Source: Eledone cirrhosa (Eukaryota). Taken from it: a DNA stretch of 64,000 nt. The stretch spans positions 33,418,001-33,482,000 of the forward strand of contig OZ024752.1 of NCBI GenBank assembly GCA_964016885.1, written 5' to 3'. Positions 12,237 through 26,100 of this stretch are shown one piece after another. The translations under genes and the position numbers were made by a program. The notes beneath the pieces are model-generated. The model did no database searches and was not told the DNA's origin. It saw only the letters and a list, made by a program, of their open reading frames with translations. Numbering within the stretch: the stretch's first letter is position 1; the number at the start of each line of letters is the position of its first letter.

Positions 12237-14400
12237 CACACAATTCATATAATTATTATATATATATATATACAATACATATAATATATATATATACAAT
12301 ACATATATATATACAATACATAATAATATATATACAATACATAATATATATAATACATATAATATATATATGTATACAAATAATATATATATATAAAACA
12401 AAGCAGGTGTGGTAAGATACCAGGTGGACCATAACACACCAGAGTACTCAATACTTAGGGTAATAGAGTGGGTAATAGGAAGAGTCAGGACCCTGACGGA
12501 ACTAGCTGCTGAAATGGCCGGAGCTCAGTCGTCGGGGTCCTGACTCTTTTCCTACATGGAGAGAGAGAAAGAGAGAGAAAGAGAAAGAGAGAGAGAAAGA
12601 GAGAAAGAGAGAGAATGTGAAAGCAACATCAACACTGTTTGACAATAGAAAGATCTGAATAAATGAACCTTGCTGTTGTTGACTTTCAGAATAAATGACA
12701 ACCATAACCTATAGTCATATATAAGAAAGATGAGGCTGTGTAGAAGGGAGTTATAAAGACATTCTAAATTAACACCGAGACCAAAAGAATTGAATCCACA
12801 GTTAAGAATCTGTCTCATAGTTTTTCAAGTCCTTAAGATCATGAAGGAACTCATGTCTTGCAGTTAGGAAGTTACATGAGTTTGTATCAAAGGGTTACAT
12901 GAACCCTGTGTCAACTCGTTATATTCCATCAGCCTGTGATAGTCTAGTATCTTTCTTCTGACTAAAAGACCTCATTGTTGAGAAGTCAAAACAAAAAAAG
13001 CCTTGCAATAAATACACTATACATGTTTCTAATATATAAACAAAGCAGCAGATTCCTTGATGTGAGTGTAGACATCAGAAGAGGGAAGGATTAGTACTTC
13101 AGTAAGATCTGAAGTGTCAGAGCAGTTGTGGATAGTGAGATTTGTACAGCTTACCTTGTAAAGTAATTGAGTTGGTTTAGTTAGGTCTGCATTGCGAAGG
13201 AACGGAGCAAGATATCGGAATAGATCAATCAACAACTGTGCATACATCCCCCAGCCCTAGAAAGGAAAAAAGAGAAGTCATTTAATTTTTAGATAAGGTG
13301 GTTTGTCTTGGCATTATTCTTTTGCTCATTTGTACATGTTTTATGCATATTTGTAGATGTAGTGTCTTCTCTAACGTGTACCCTCTGCTGAGTAGTGATG
13401 AGCTGACTAAGACAACAAAGGGTAGAAGACCCATTGGCTCTGTTGAATTGTCAGCCTTTAGTGTTGGGGCCACAATAAAAAACAACTAGTACACTCTGTA
13501 AAGTGGTAATGCTGGTGCTATGATAAAATACAGTCACTTTACAAAGTGGTTAGTATTAGAAAGAGAATCCAGTGGTAGAAACCCTGCCAAAATATGAGCA
13601 AGATGTGGTTCCCTGTCTAGTCGGAAACCATGATGACCTGACCAACACAATCCTCTATGAAAGGCATATATAAAATCATGACGATATACAGATCTATTAT
13701 TTCTGTTAACTCAGTGTCTTTAAAAGAGCAACACAAAGCCTTAAATACCCGATTACAATCATGAGATTCCCACTATGTATGTTAACTGCCAACACAACAC
13801 TGATAAAATTCTACAATTTTATAACTATATTTCCTATCAATGTCGACATGAATCATTGGACAGTTTTGTAACACTTCTTGATTATTTAAATATATAATGT
13901 AATGTGGCCATGTAGGTAACACAGTAAAAACCTCCCAGTCCACACTGTAAACATGGTTGGTGTTAGGAAGGGCATCCAGCCGTAGAAAACCCGCCAGACA
14001 GTCCTATGCGAGCAAGACAACCACTCTTGCCTCAAGTGGGAAAACTCCCGTCCAAACCCATGCAAGCGTGGAAGATGGACGTTAAACGATGATGATGATG
14101 ATATAAGTAAAATTTGTTTAAATTGATGTACTTACTCGTTGCTGTGGTGTTAGGGCAAGCATTCTTCCAATGAATACACGATGAGAGATCAATTCCAGCC
14201 AAGCGAATGCAAAACCAGGTGCTCGTGCAGGTCTAAGAATGTGGAATGTATTGCTAAAAAAAAAAAAAAAAAAAAGAATAACAGTTTAGAATATCTAGAA
14301 ACAAAAATCTTCACCTCAAAGATCAAAAAGGTAAGGTCTCAAACTATTTATATCAAGATTTTGTGATGTTCTTAAAAAAGCACTATAAAAAATAAAAAAA

Positions 14401-14431
<31 letters not shown>

Positions 14432-17400
14432 TCGAAACAAACTTTTTCTAACTTGCATTGTACCAGCTTTCCCCAAACAATCTCAAATATATAATTTTAT
14501 TTAATATTAAAAACCTTTCATTTAGATCCTCCCTGAACACAAAAGCTTAATTTTTTTCAGACTTAAGACAAATAATATCAAAAGAAGAGTCATTTAATCC
14601 ATAGAGATGTTATATTTTTAACTATGAAATTTATGAAATCTCATTTTTTTTTCTTTCTTATAATAGAATTTTTTAGAAACAAAATGATTTGTGATTTTCA
14701 CATTGAGCCACAAACCAGTTGTACAACAAGCTGATGACTTACCAAAATGCTGTAAGGACCTGAAAGTTGATAGCCTCGAGAATAGGTTCAGGAGCATTTA
14801 ATTCTATAAACAGCATTATGAAAATACGGTGATATGGCATTTGCTGAAATTCTGTGTGCCTAATTTCATGATCCTGTAACAACACTCCAGCCACTATTCC
14901 AAGAACCTAAAACAAACAAAATTTTATTGAATCATTAATCTCAAGTTTTATCAATTCAATATATCCAATATTTTATTTGAAGATTATTTATCTTCAGTGA
15001 ATTTTCTTTAGAAAACCAAACAACTTTTCATACAATTTCTCAGTCTTAAACTCTATATATACTATTATATTTTTGTGGTAAAGGCTTTATCTAACATAAT
15101 ATTGTATCTATGAGATTTTTATGTTATTATTTTTAGAACAATACCTTAACATCAGTATGAGAGGCTAGTTAAGGCCGGTTTGAACAGAAAGAGGTGAGAG
15201 AATTCTGGCCAGATATGGCCAGATTAAATTCTAAAGGGTTAAGAAAAAAAAACAACTAAAGCATCTCAAGCCTGGAGACTCATCAGGCCAGTGTTTATCT
15301 CGACTAAGTACCAACTGTTCGACACTCAACTTCAAATATTGTTCTTTATTCTTAGTTTTACTTTTCCCAGCCTGCTTAATGGAGACTTAGAAACTAAAAG
15401 ATTAAAAAAAAAAGGTCTTATCCACTAAAAGTTAACTAGAAAAAAAACACTTCAAAAATTGACAAGCTAAAACATTTTAAAAGACAATTTTCTCCATCTC
15501 TCTTATCCCCCAAAATCGAACAACAATGGTACAACACACTAAAATATAACTGACCTTATTAAGTAAGTTAATCTTAGTCACAGTATTTGCAGCATCTCCA
15601 GAATGTTTAACAAGGAGAGCAATCAGCCGAACAAAAGCATCTAGTGTTTGGAAACATTTCGTTCGAATTGATGTTGGGTTGAGCAATTGTTCACCAAGAG
15701 CTCGGTAACACAAATCAACACACATTTCTGTACACAATCGGAAGAATCTTGTGATCAAATCGTCAGTTTTTAGTATACCTTGGACATGCATCTGAAAAAT
15801 AAAACAGGTGGGATGGTGAATTACATATTCAAATTATGCATTAAGAAAAATCATATAAAAGACAGACACAGAAATAAAATAAGACAAGAAAATATAAAAT
15901 ATATTCACCTGTTGAACAAAAGCAGTGAAAGCTTTTGTACTGTCCCTTCCTGCGGCGGCAGAATGAAACATATTCACCCATTCTCTCAATAAATTCTCAG
16001 TTTTTTCATGTAGCCATGGGGGGTCATCATATTCTCTTGCCTGACTAATCCCTGATTGCATCATTGAGGTAGGACCTCCTGGGGCTCTATCCAGCAAAAC
16101 GCAGTCACCATTGTTCCGCAGGCATTCCACCAAATGTGCCAATCTGAAATAAGAAAACAAAATAAAAAAAATTTTTTAATGTTCTTAATGCATAGGCGAC
16201 GAATTGGCAGAGTCGTTAGAATGTCAGAATGCTTTATGCTATTCATTCTGGCTCTGCTCTCTGAGTTCAAATCCCGCTGAGGTCAACTTTCATCCTTACA
16301 AGGTCAATAAAAAATTAAAAAGTACCAGTCTAGTATTGGGGTGGATTCTTCCTCTATATCTCTTTCTAGTTTTTTTTCTCTCTCTCACTTTCTATCTTTC
16401 TCTGGAAGGAATCTGCTGAACTCAGACCTGGAGAGAGATGGGCTCCATCAGGCTTAGAATGCCTAAGAAATGCTGTATGTCAATACGATGCCCCTATGAT
16501 TCTATCAGGAGTTATGGGACCATACCATACATACAATGCATACACATGGAGCTCCTTAAATATGGTGAAACACATAAAAAGTTAATATAAAGAGTGGTGT
16601 ACTCATGCATGAAGATCCTATAAAATAGGGTGAAATCGCCATCAGCCACTGATGAGGAAATGAATCCCTGATGGCAACTTTTTTCCATTTAACAGCCTTC
16701 GCCCTAATTTATAAGCTATTTTATTGCACCTCAGCACATGAACACACCACTCTTTATATTAACTTTATCACCTTGGCACTTTGTAAAAGTCCTTGAGATT
16801 GGCTACAAATATATGATGTTTGTTGTATACATAAAAAGAATGAGAATTGAATTTCTATTTTATCACAATTACTTTATGCCATGGACAAAGAGGAAAATAT
16901 CTGCAGAATTGTTGAATTAACCCTTTAATGTTCAAACAGGCCAGAATTCTCTACCTTTTTCTGTTGAAACTGGCTGTAACTGGTCACTCAAACTGATGTT
17001 AAGGTATTGTTCTCAAAATAAATACTTTCAAAATCTCATAGATTCGATATTATGTGAGATAATTATGTGAGGTAAAGCCTTTACCATGAAAATATAATAG
17101 TATATATAGAGTAATGTGAATGCTAAAGGGTTAAACATGCCTCAAAATCTTTTTACTACAAACAATTAAATATAAACCATCTCTCTTCAGATGCTAAATT
17201 CAGCCAGTTACAGACTGCACATCAACATGAGATATTTTTCTCCACAAAGTTTGATCACCAACAGCAGAGTTTAAAGAGCAAAGGTCAAGTCCAGTCCATA
17301 AGTTGACATTATCAAGCCATCATTTTGGTTGCCGACCTCTGCTTCTCTTACCAGCCAACTTTCCTTCTAGGCATAACCTACTCACACCACAAGTTGATCT

Positions 17401-20127
17401 TTTAATATGACTGTACAGTTTAAGCACTCTTGACTTGACAATTGATGTAATTGTCTAAGCCTGGTGACCTGGTGATGTTGAGCAGCTCACTGATACAGAT
17501 ATGGTCACTGAGCCACTTGCCAGTCATAAGTCTCATGATATGATTCTAATGTAGAGAGCTTCTGAAGTAACCTTGTCGTCCAATTAACACAATCAAGACA
17601 ATATAAAACATCACAAGTTTATTACTATATACTAATAGAGTAATAAAACAGACTAACCCATCAGGAGAAGGTCTCGTACGAGAATGTATCCTCAATAACA
17701 CTTCTATAGTGTCATGAAGGTCAGCCTGAAAAGAGAGAAGAATTTTATTGTAATATTTAAGACTAAAAATAATGTATTTAAATATTGAGAGTTAAAATTA
17801 GCTTTACTGCATATTTATGAAGAGAAAAAAAATGATCTTGCAGAGAGTAGATTTTTGTAATACTTCAAGCTAAAAAATATGTATTTTAGAAATAAAAGGT
17901 TTCAGTATTGTGAATTAAAATTAACTGTAGTGCATATTTATGAAGAATAAAATAATGATCTAGGAATAAATAAGAGTGATTAAACTGTAGTGTGCGGGAG
18001 AGAAGACTGCGTTGGTATGGCCATGAGATGTGCATGGAAGATGACTGCTGGGTGAAGAAGTGCCAAGAAATCCTGGTGGAAGGAAGACACAGTAGAGGAA
18101 GATCACGAAAAACATGGGCGGAGGTGGTGAGAGCTGACCTCAGATCGCTGAAGCTCACAGAGATGATGAAGGACCATGACAAATGGAGAGATGCTGTGTT
18201 GAAAAGGACCCATCCCACCCTTACAATCAAGGAGAAGGGGACATAAAATGATGATGATGAATGAAATAAAAGAAAAACTGACGTGCTTTATTAAACTTAA
18301 CTTACTACTTACCTCAGAGACGAGACCACTTGCTTTATCATCAATGACAAATTTTTGTACCAAGGCAATAGCAAACACCATTACTATGTAATTTATTCCA
18401 TTATCAATTTGCTGGGGAAACAGAAAAAAAGACATTATTGTTCAAATCCCATACTTGTCAACAATTGAAAAAATGATGAATGTAACACAGTAACAAATAC
18501 TTATTTTATATTTTAAAGTAGCATATACTACTCATTCTTATTACACGAGAACATTGAATTCAAATAGAATTTAACAAATGAGTTTTAATATCTACTCATT
18601 CTTGAATAATTAAGCCTTACAAGCCTGACTTATATAACTTAATTTATTGTCCTGTCTTAAAAAAAAGACTACACTTTCAAGAATATACTGTATCTCTCAG
18701 CATGAGAAAAATGTCCGAGAAAAATGTCAAAAAAAAATGTCACGGAAAATTTATCCTGCATCTTGGAGGCCAAAGATCACAGTCATTTTATATTAACCCC
18801 CTCCCCTCATGAGAGTGCATCCATTACATTGGTGTGACCTCAACACCAAGAAATACACTATCTAAAACTAGATAGAATATTTAAACATTTCATAAGAAAT
18901 GAAAAATCTAAAGGAAGATACACTAACTACTAATAAAACAAAAGTGTATAGACTGACATACTTGGGCAAGGTACATGTCAAACTGCTGAATGTTGAGGAA
19001 ATGGTTCTTCAGCAACTGCTCAAAGGCATCTAAATTGTATTTAATTTCTTCTCTGCAGTCAAAGACAGATCTAAAATTTAAATAAAAATAAAAAGAATTA
19101 TAAATATGATTAGAAACCAAATCCTGTTGGTAAATACTTCATGTTGATTTTAAACATTTATAAAAGAAATAAAAATAAAATATAATAGTTATTGTAATTA
19201 TCTCTATAACATAATTTAAAGAAAATACTAACCTAGTAACTTGTTTCATTGTCCATTGGGGGCCAAATACTCTAATATCACTAAGTCCTTTAAGGACATG
19301 TAGGCAGCATTCACAGAATCTCATCATATCTTGGTCAGCCATGCTGCTGCTGTAATGTTCAACAAGTGCCTCGACAACCTAAAAAAGGTTTCAGATAAAA
19401 AGTTATATACACATATTTACTTAAAACCCAAATATCTTTTGTACTCGGGTCTTGAATAATTGTCCCCCTCCCTACTTAATTTTACAGAATTTTTTCCACC
19501 ACCCCCTATTAAATTTTGCTAATCTATTTCCAAAATTTTATTTTAAGTAGTAGCATTCCTGCAACAATTTTCTTTATACATTAAAAAACATACATAACTA
19601 AAAAAAAAAAAATACAATACTAGAAATCTCATGTTTTAAAATAAATAAGACGAGTTAGGGGTCTCAATATGTAAACTAAACAATTAATTCTGGTTTTTCA
19701 AAAAAAAAAAAATCAACAGAGACAACCTAGAAAAATTACTGTTTTTCCACCCACCCATACCTTCTGCTTATTCCAACACCTGAACACCCCGTATTATTTG
19801 GGACCCGTAAGTAAATATTAAAATATAGAAAATAAGAACTACTTACCTTCTGGACGAGAGCAGATGATGATGGTACATCTCTGTTAGTTCTGGCAACAAG
19901 AATAGCATCAATAACTCCTTGCAACTGTAAACCTAGGTGGGAAGAGGTCACACTGTTTAACAGCTGCTGGCAATTCTGCTCAATGTCACGAATCACTTTG
20001 TCAAATACTTGACTCATACCATCTGGGTAGGTCTGACAAGAAAGAAAGAAAATTATGTAAATATTAGATTGAAAGAAGGAAAAAAAAGTTCCAAAAATTG
20101 CATTATGAGAAAAAAGTAAAACCAAAT

Positions 20128-20171
<44 letters not shown>

Positions 20172-23100
20172 CATGTATGTACTTACAGGAGGAAGTGCCT
20201 TTGTTATTATGCCAGATGGTACTCTGGCTTCATTCATTGGTAAAAAGCCAGGTATGTTACGAGCAAATTCATCATAGACTGCTACTTGAACTGGAGTGAC
20301 ACCACCAACCTTGAAAGAAGAGATTTTTTACTTCAAATAACTGTCTACAACAAGGAAATCTACACTGAAATAATAGGCACAAACAGAGGTGAGAGGTTAA
20401 CCCAAACCTTTCATGAGATTTCTAATGAAAGAAATTGCTTTTGATTTTCAAAACATTTGGAAAATGATCAAGAATATGGAGGGATTTAATATAATAACTT
20501 TCCTATTATTAAGCTGTGTTAGGAACAAGTTAACCAAAGTTCTTATATGAAATGTTTTTAGATAGATATAAATAGCCTTAATATAAAGAATTTGTTCATG
20601 CTCGGAGATGCTATAAAATAGCAGCCAATGGCAACTTCTTCCATCTTTTAAGGGTCTTCACTATTTCATAACATCTCTGCATACATTATATTAACTTTAT
20701 AGTTTCAGCACTTAAAGTTCAAGAGATCAGCTAAGTATCTTCTTTATAAATAGCGTTGTTTCACAAAACCAATGGTGTTTGGAAACAGTTTGATACAACT
20801 AACTGGCACCATGTTTTTTACTGTAACCTTGGACTGACCAAATAGTTTGTGAGAGAATTTAGATGGAAACTGAAGCTCATGTGTGTGTAGGTATGTTTAT
20901 GTTTTAGTGTCTTCATATCAACACAGCTTAAATAAGTAGTAATGCTTGTTTATCACATAAACGATACATTTCACAGCTTAACAGTTTGGAGTCAGTAGTA
21001 TATAACCATACTTAAAAAATAAAGTCTATGATTTGGCATCAGGAAGGGAATCCGGATGTAAAGAACTTGCCACAAAAAAGAATGTCTAATCCATAGCACA
21101 GAGAAGTAGACATATGACGATGATGAGAATGATGAAATTAAAGAATTTGTACAAGTAGAAACTTTCTCTACTTACACGTAATCTTATTTGTTCGGGCATC
21201 CTTTCAGCTTGATAAGTAAGAACAACTGGATCACAATAACGGCGACCTTCACCACGGGCATGGCGTCGGAGTTCAAATTCCTATAATTTAAGAAATAGCA
21301 TTACATTCCAATAAACAAATTGTATTTCACAGAAAGTTTACAGGAGAAGAGATCAAACTTCTACAAGGAAAATACACTAACAATCTAGAATAGTGCTTCA
21401 CCTGTTTTAATGATTAGAAATATAAACATTTATTAAAAGCTATTTTTTATTCTTTTACATAATTTAATATACTCACAGTAGAAAGACGCCGGTCCATTTC
21501 TGGAAGAGCCTTTTCAACTGCACTTTTCTGTATAATAGCTGATGCGAGTTCTGTATTGTCCTGAGCCAACTGAGTTACTGCTTGGTCAACAAGCTCTTTT
21601 TGAGTTATACTAGCATTCTGTAAAAATTTGTTAAAAGAAAGAATGCTTAGACATGGCAACTGTAAATCTAAAATCATTGAAAATATGTTGTACATCTTAC
21701 ACGGCTAAATAGATTTAAATTGAAAAGTTACTCAATAAAGCAATAAGATTAATCCAGAATAGCTTTTTTACATTTAAATATATTCAAAAGACCTATGTTT
21801 AATTTTGAAATTTTATAAATAATTTGAGATGGACATTTCCAGTAGCCATATAAAGTAAGCAAATAAATTCACTAACTTTCAGTAGCTAGTGTATAAAGTC
21901 ACAGCAATAATTAAAGAATATTAGTGACTTTGAAAGACATTTACATCAAATTAACATTGGCAGGATGATATATTTTTCTTGAATTTTTACATTCATAAAC
22001 TACAAAATTCATTAATGGCATAACTAATCATTTTACCATTAAGCACTCCAAATAATATACTGCCATTAGAAAATCATATACCAACAGAAATCTGGGTATA
22101 ATGAGATGTTGTAAGGCATTGAATTAGAAGAAATTAATGGGTTAAATGTTTTATTGAAAATTTCTGCATATAATTTGCTTAAGTGCTTGTAAATGTCTTT
22201 AGGACTACCTTACAAAGCCTCATATTTAATCCTTTAGCATTTACATTACTCTATATTTACTATTATATTTTCACAGTAAAGGCTTATCTCTCATAATATC
22301 AAATGTGATTTTGATATTTATTTTGAGAACAATACCTTAAAATCAGTATGAGTGACTAGTTACAGCCAGTTTTAACAGAAAGAGGTGAGAGAATTATGGC
22401 TGGATACAGCCAGTTTAAATGCTAAAGAGTTAAAGTTTAAAGTAAGACATCTTATAATAATTTAAGGTAAGAATCTGTTGTGTTACAAATACCAGTTTAA
22501 TATAGCAATAAATGAAGAAAAAATATTTATTTTACTAAAACCCAATCTTGATTTTCAAAATATATTCATAAATAGCATCACAAAAGATTGATCCCTTTGA
22601 CACTAACAGTCTTTTTCATTAGAAATATGTTAACAAACGAAAGGGTTAATAAAAACACACAAACTAATTGCCAGTCAGATAAAGTTGATAAGTGTGTGGG
22701 TTAAATTATTTAATTACTTACACGCAAGATGTTCAAGAAGGCTTGTTTTAAATGGCTATTGAGGGCCAAGAAAACTGGTTCTCGACAAGTGATGAGAGTT
22801 AGTCCTGCTGTCATACTACAAATCATATTCTGAGCTGCAGTACGCATTCTGTTTTCATCAGGATCTAATGCAAAATCCTATAAATAAATAAATACAATCC
22901 TATAAATATATATACACAATACAATATTTCTTCAAAATATATATACAATAAAACATTAACAAATCAACAATGGAGCATTGTAACTGACAGCACTTCTATA
23001 AAATTAGAAAGATTCATACTATTTACCTTTTTGGTTATTTGTTCACATGTAGTAAGAGCAATTTTTATTGACCTATCAACAACAGGAGGAAGTAGTTCGT

Positions 23101-26100
23101 GAATAGCTCTTTCAATAGCAGGACGGACACACTGCTTTAGACTCTGATGACTATGGAACAACAGAATCTAAAAAAAAAGTAATAAATAACATTTGTATAT
23201 GTCCTTGAAAAATATTACCAAAACAATTTGCCTGTTTTACATTGAATAACTTCATAATTCCATTTAACACTTTTTCCACAAAACATTTGTACAACATTTA
23301 CAATATTATAGAATATTTTGTCCAAAGAAAAGAAAATCTACAAACTTAACTGTAAAAACCATAACATAAAAAGGTTGGATGAACTCTTCAGAGTCAACAG
23401 CCATCCACCTCAACTATGGACTAAATAGCCTCACTAACCCGGAAATGGCCAAGTGTGGTGAGTACCGCTACACCTCTGAAGACATGACCAAAACCAAACA
23501 AAGCAGTGGAGGTCAACCAGGAAGGGGTTCCTCCAACAGAAGTGAGAAAGTCCTGGATTGGATTAGATTGGATAACATTATACCTGTTAAAACTTCATAT
23601 ACATTTTATTAAACCAAACGTTTTTTTAAAAACAAAATCTTACCTGTTCACTGATAACAATCTGGTGACTAATTCCAGAGGCTAGATTGGTAATATCTTG
23701 GTACCTGAATTGAGGTTGTTGTGGCATCGGTATAGCATTTGCAATGGTTGTAGTTGGAGTTGATATTACAGTTGGTGTACTAGCACTTACAATCGCTACA
23801 GGCATATCGTCCTGCTGAGGAGTCCCTGATGGAGGTGGTTTTACTGGAGCAGACAACTGATTTTCAATGGTATTTAATCGACTCAGATCTTTTAAATAAC
23901 TTGTAGCTTTTAGTTCCTAAAAGAGAAATGAAAAAAAAAAAAACAATATAATCAGTTAGACTATGTTACTTAAACCACATCTACATAATGTCCATAATTC
24001 TACAAAAAACATTAAAAAACAATCTTGGTACTTACTGAAACATCTAACTGTAAATTCTTGCATAAAACCTCAATCTCAAACTTTAGGTTTAATTTCAGTT
24101 CTTGTTCTTGATGCAATTCAGCCAAAACATTCATACCTGCCATTGTCCAAGGGTTTGGTGGCTTGAAAACCTAAAAAAAAGATACCAATAACAGCTTTTA
24201 AAGATTTGTTCCCCGTTTTTTCTTCAATATATTTAACTGACTTTTAAAACCAACTATTATTAATTTCACAAATATTAGCATCTTACACATTCCTAATAAT
24301 AAATCTAATAGACAAGACATGATAGAATGTATAACTATTATAATGCGTTACAAATAAAGTTATACAAAATTTAGCTGTGACCATATTTTGAAATATAGTA
24401 AATAAAGAATGATGTGCTCATGCATATAGACGCTATAAAATAGGGTGAAGACTCTTAAGATAGAAAAAGAAGTTGCCATCAGCTACTACAAAGAATCAAA
24501 CCCCATATCGCCCACGGAGCACACAATCCTTTATATTAACTTTATCCCTTCAACACCTTGAAGTCAAAGAGATTGGCTACATATAAATGATGTTTGTATA
24601 TATAGTTAATGTTTCTTTTAGAAGGTAAAGTGTGTTTATAACAATATTTTATATATTAGTTAAGAAAACGTAACAAGATTGAATAGAAAGATTTAAAACT
24701 ACATACGTACCTTGCTTTTGGCACAAGACTGTAGGACTTTGGCAGTAAATGGAACAACATACAGTAGCTCTTGCGCTCCTTTATTATACGCTTCATAAAG
24801 TAATGCTTTCAAGTCGATATCCTAAAATGTAGAAAATTGTTTTATTAAAAACTTTAATTTAACAGTAATTATTCCAATTTTGTTGGGTTTTTTTTTTTTT
24901 TGCTCATAGAAAGAAAGAAAACCAATTCTGAATACGTACAATCTGTAGAATGGGTTTGTTTTTTGCCAAAGTAAGCATTCCTAGCCAATGTCCCAAATTC
25001 TTCAAGAGAGATCTGTCAGAAAAATTTGCCACTCCTTTATCACTTCGCAATAGTACCTACAATAAGAAATTTATGCAATAAAAATATATTTTGTAATAGT
25101 ATCTACAATCAGAAATTTATGCAATAAAAATATATTTTGTAATAGTATCTACAATCAGAAATTTATGCAATAAAAATATATTTTGTAATAGTATCTACAA
25201 TCAGAAATTTATGCAATAAAAATATATTTTGTAATAGTATCTACAATCAGAAATTTATGCAATAAAAATATAAAATACTTGCAAAAGATTTTAACAATTT
25301 TCATCCAGCTTAAACTTTAAGTACAGACTTATAAAGCTATAATTCAAATGTATTAGGGGGAAAAACTATACCAATACAGAAGACAACATATAATGTAATT
25401 CTAATTTTGAAAATATACATCATATATTCATTAAATATATTTTGATGTCATCCATAGTTCATTTGATTGTATTCATGTGATGTCATTAAAAGTATACAGA
25501 TCAACATTTGCCCTAGGGCTGGTGCCACGTTAAAATGCACCCAGCCTAATCTGTAAAGTAATAGTGCCAAGTTAAAATGTACCCAGCCCAATCTGTAAAG
25601 TAATAGTGCTGGTGCCACGCTAAAATGTACCCAGCCCAATCTGTAAAATAGTAATGCTGGTGGCATGACAAAACGTACTCAGACTAATTTGTAAAATAGC
25701 AGTGCTGGTGCCATGTTAAAATGCACCCAGAACACCTTAAGTGGTACTGTTGGTGTCATGATAACATTCACCAGTACACGTTTTTAAAAGTGGTTGGCTT
25801 TAATAAGAGCATCTATCTGACCATAGAAACTATTCCAGCATGGACAGCACACAACAAACAGACATAATATAGCAATAATTCAAAGCATCTATCTGGCTGT
25901 AGAAACCATTCCAGCATAGAATGGACAAACAGACATAAAACGGTGATGATAATTACATATATTACCTTGATATTTCTGAAAGTTTCTTTCAGCACCATTG
26001 AATAAAAATTATTTATTTGGAGAACATCTACAAAGTTGGCATACAAAACATGGAAGTTTGGTTCAATACTGGCCCGCTTCATTACCATGTACATAGCAAT

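Noticed and set aside
11223-12451. Long Y/I/C-rich ORFs (up to 306 aa)
   Set aside because: Translations of an AT microsatellite inside intron 45.
16640-16680. CTGATGAGGAAA as a hammerhead core
   Set aside because: No stem II, no correctly placed cleavage triplet, and not conserved in the sister copies at 20.6 and 24.4 kb.
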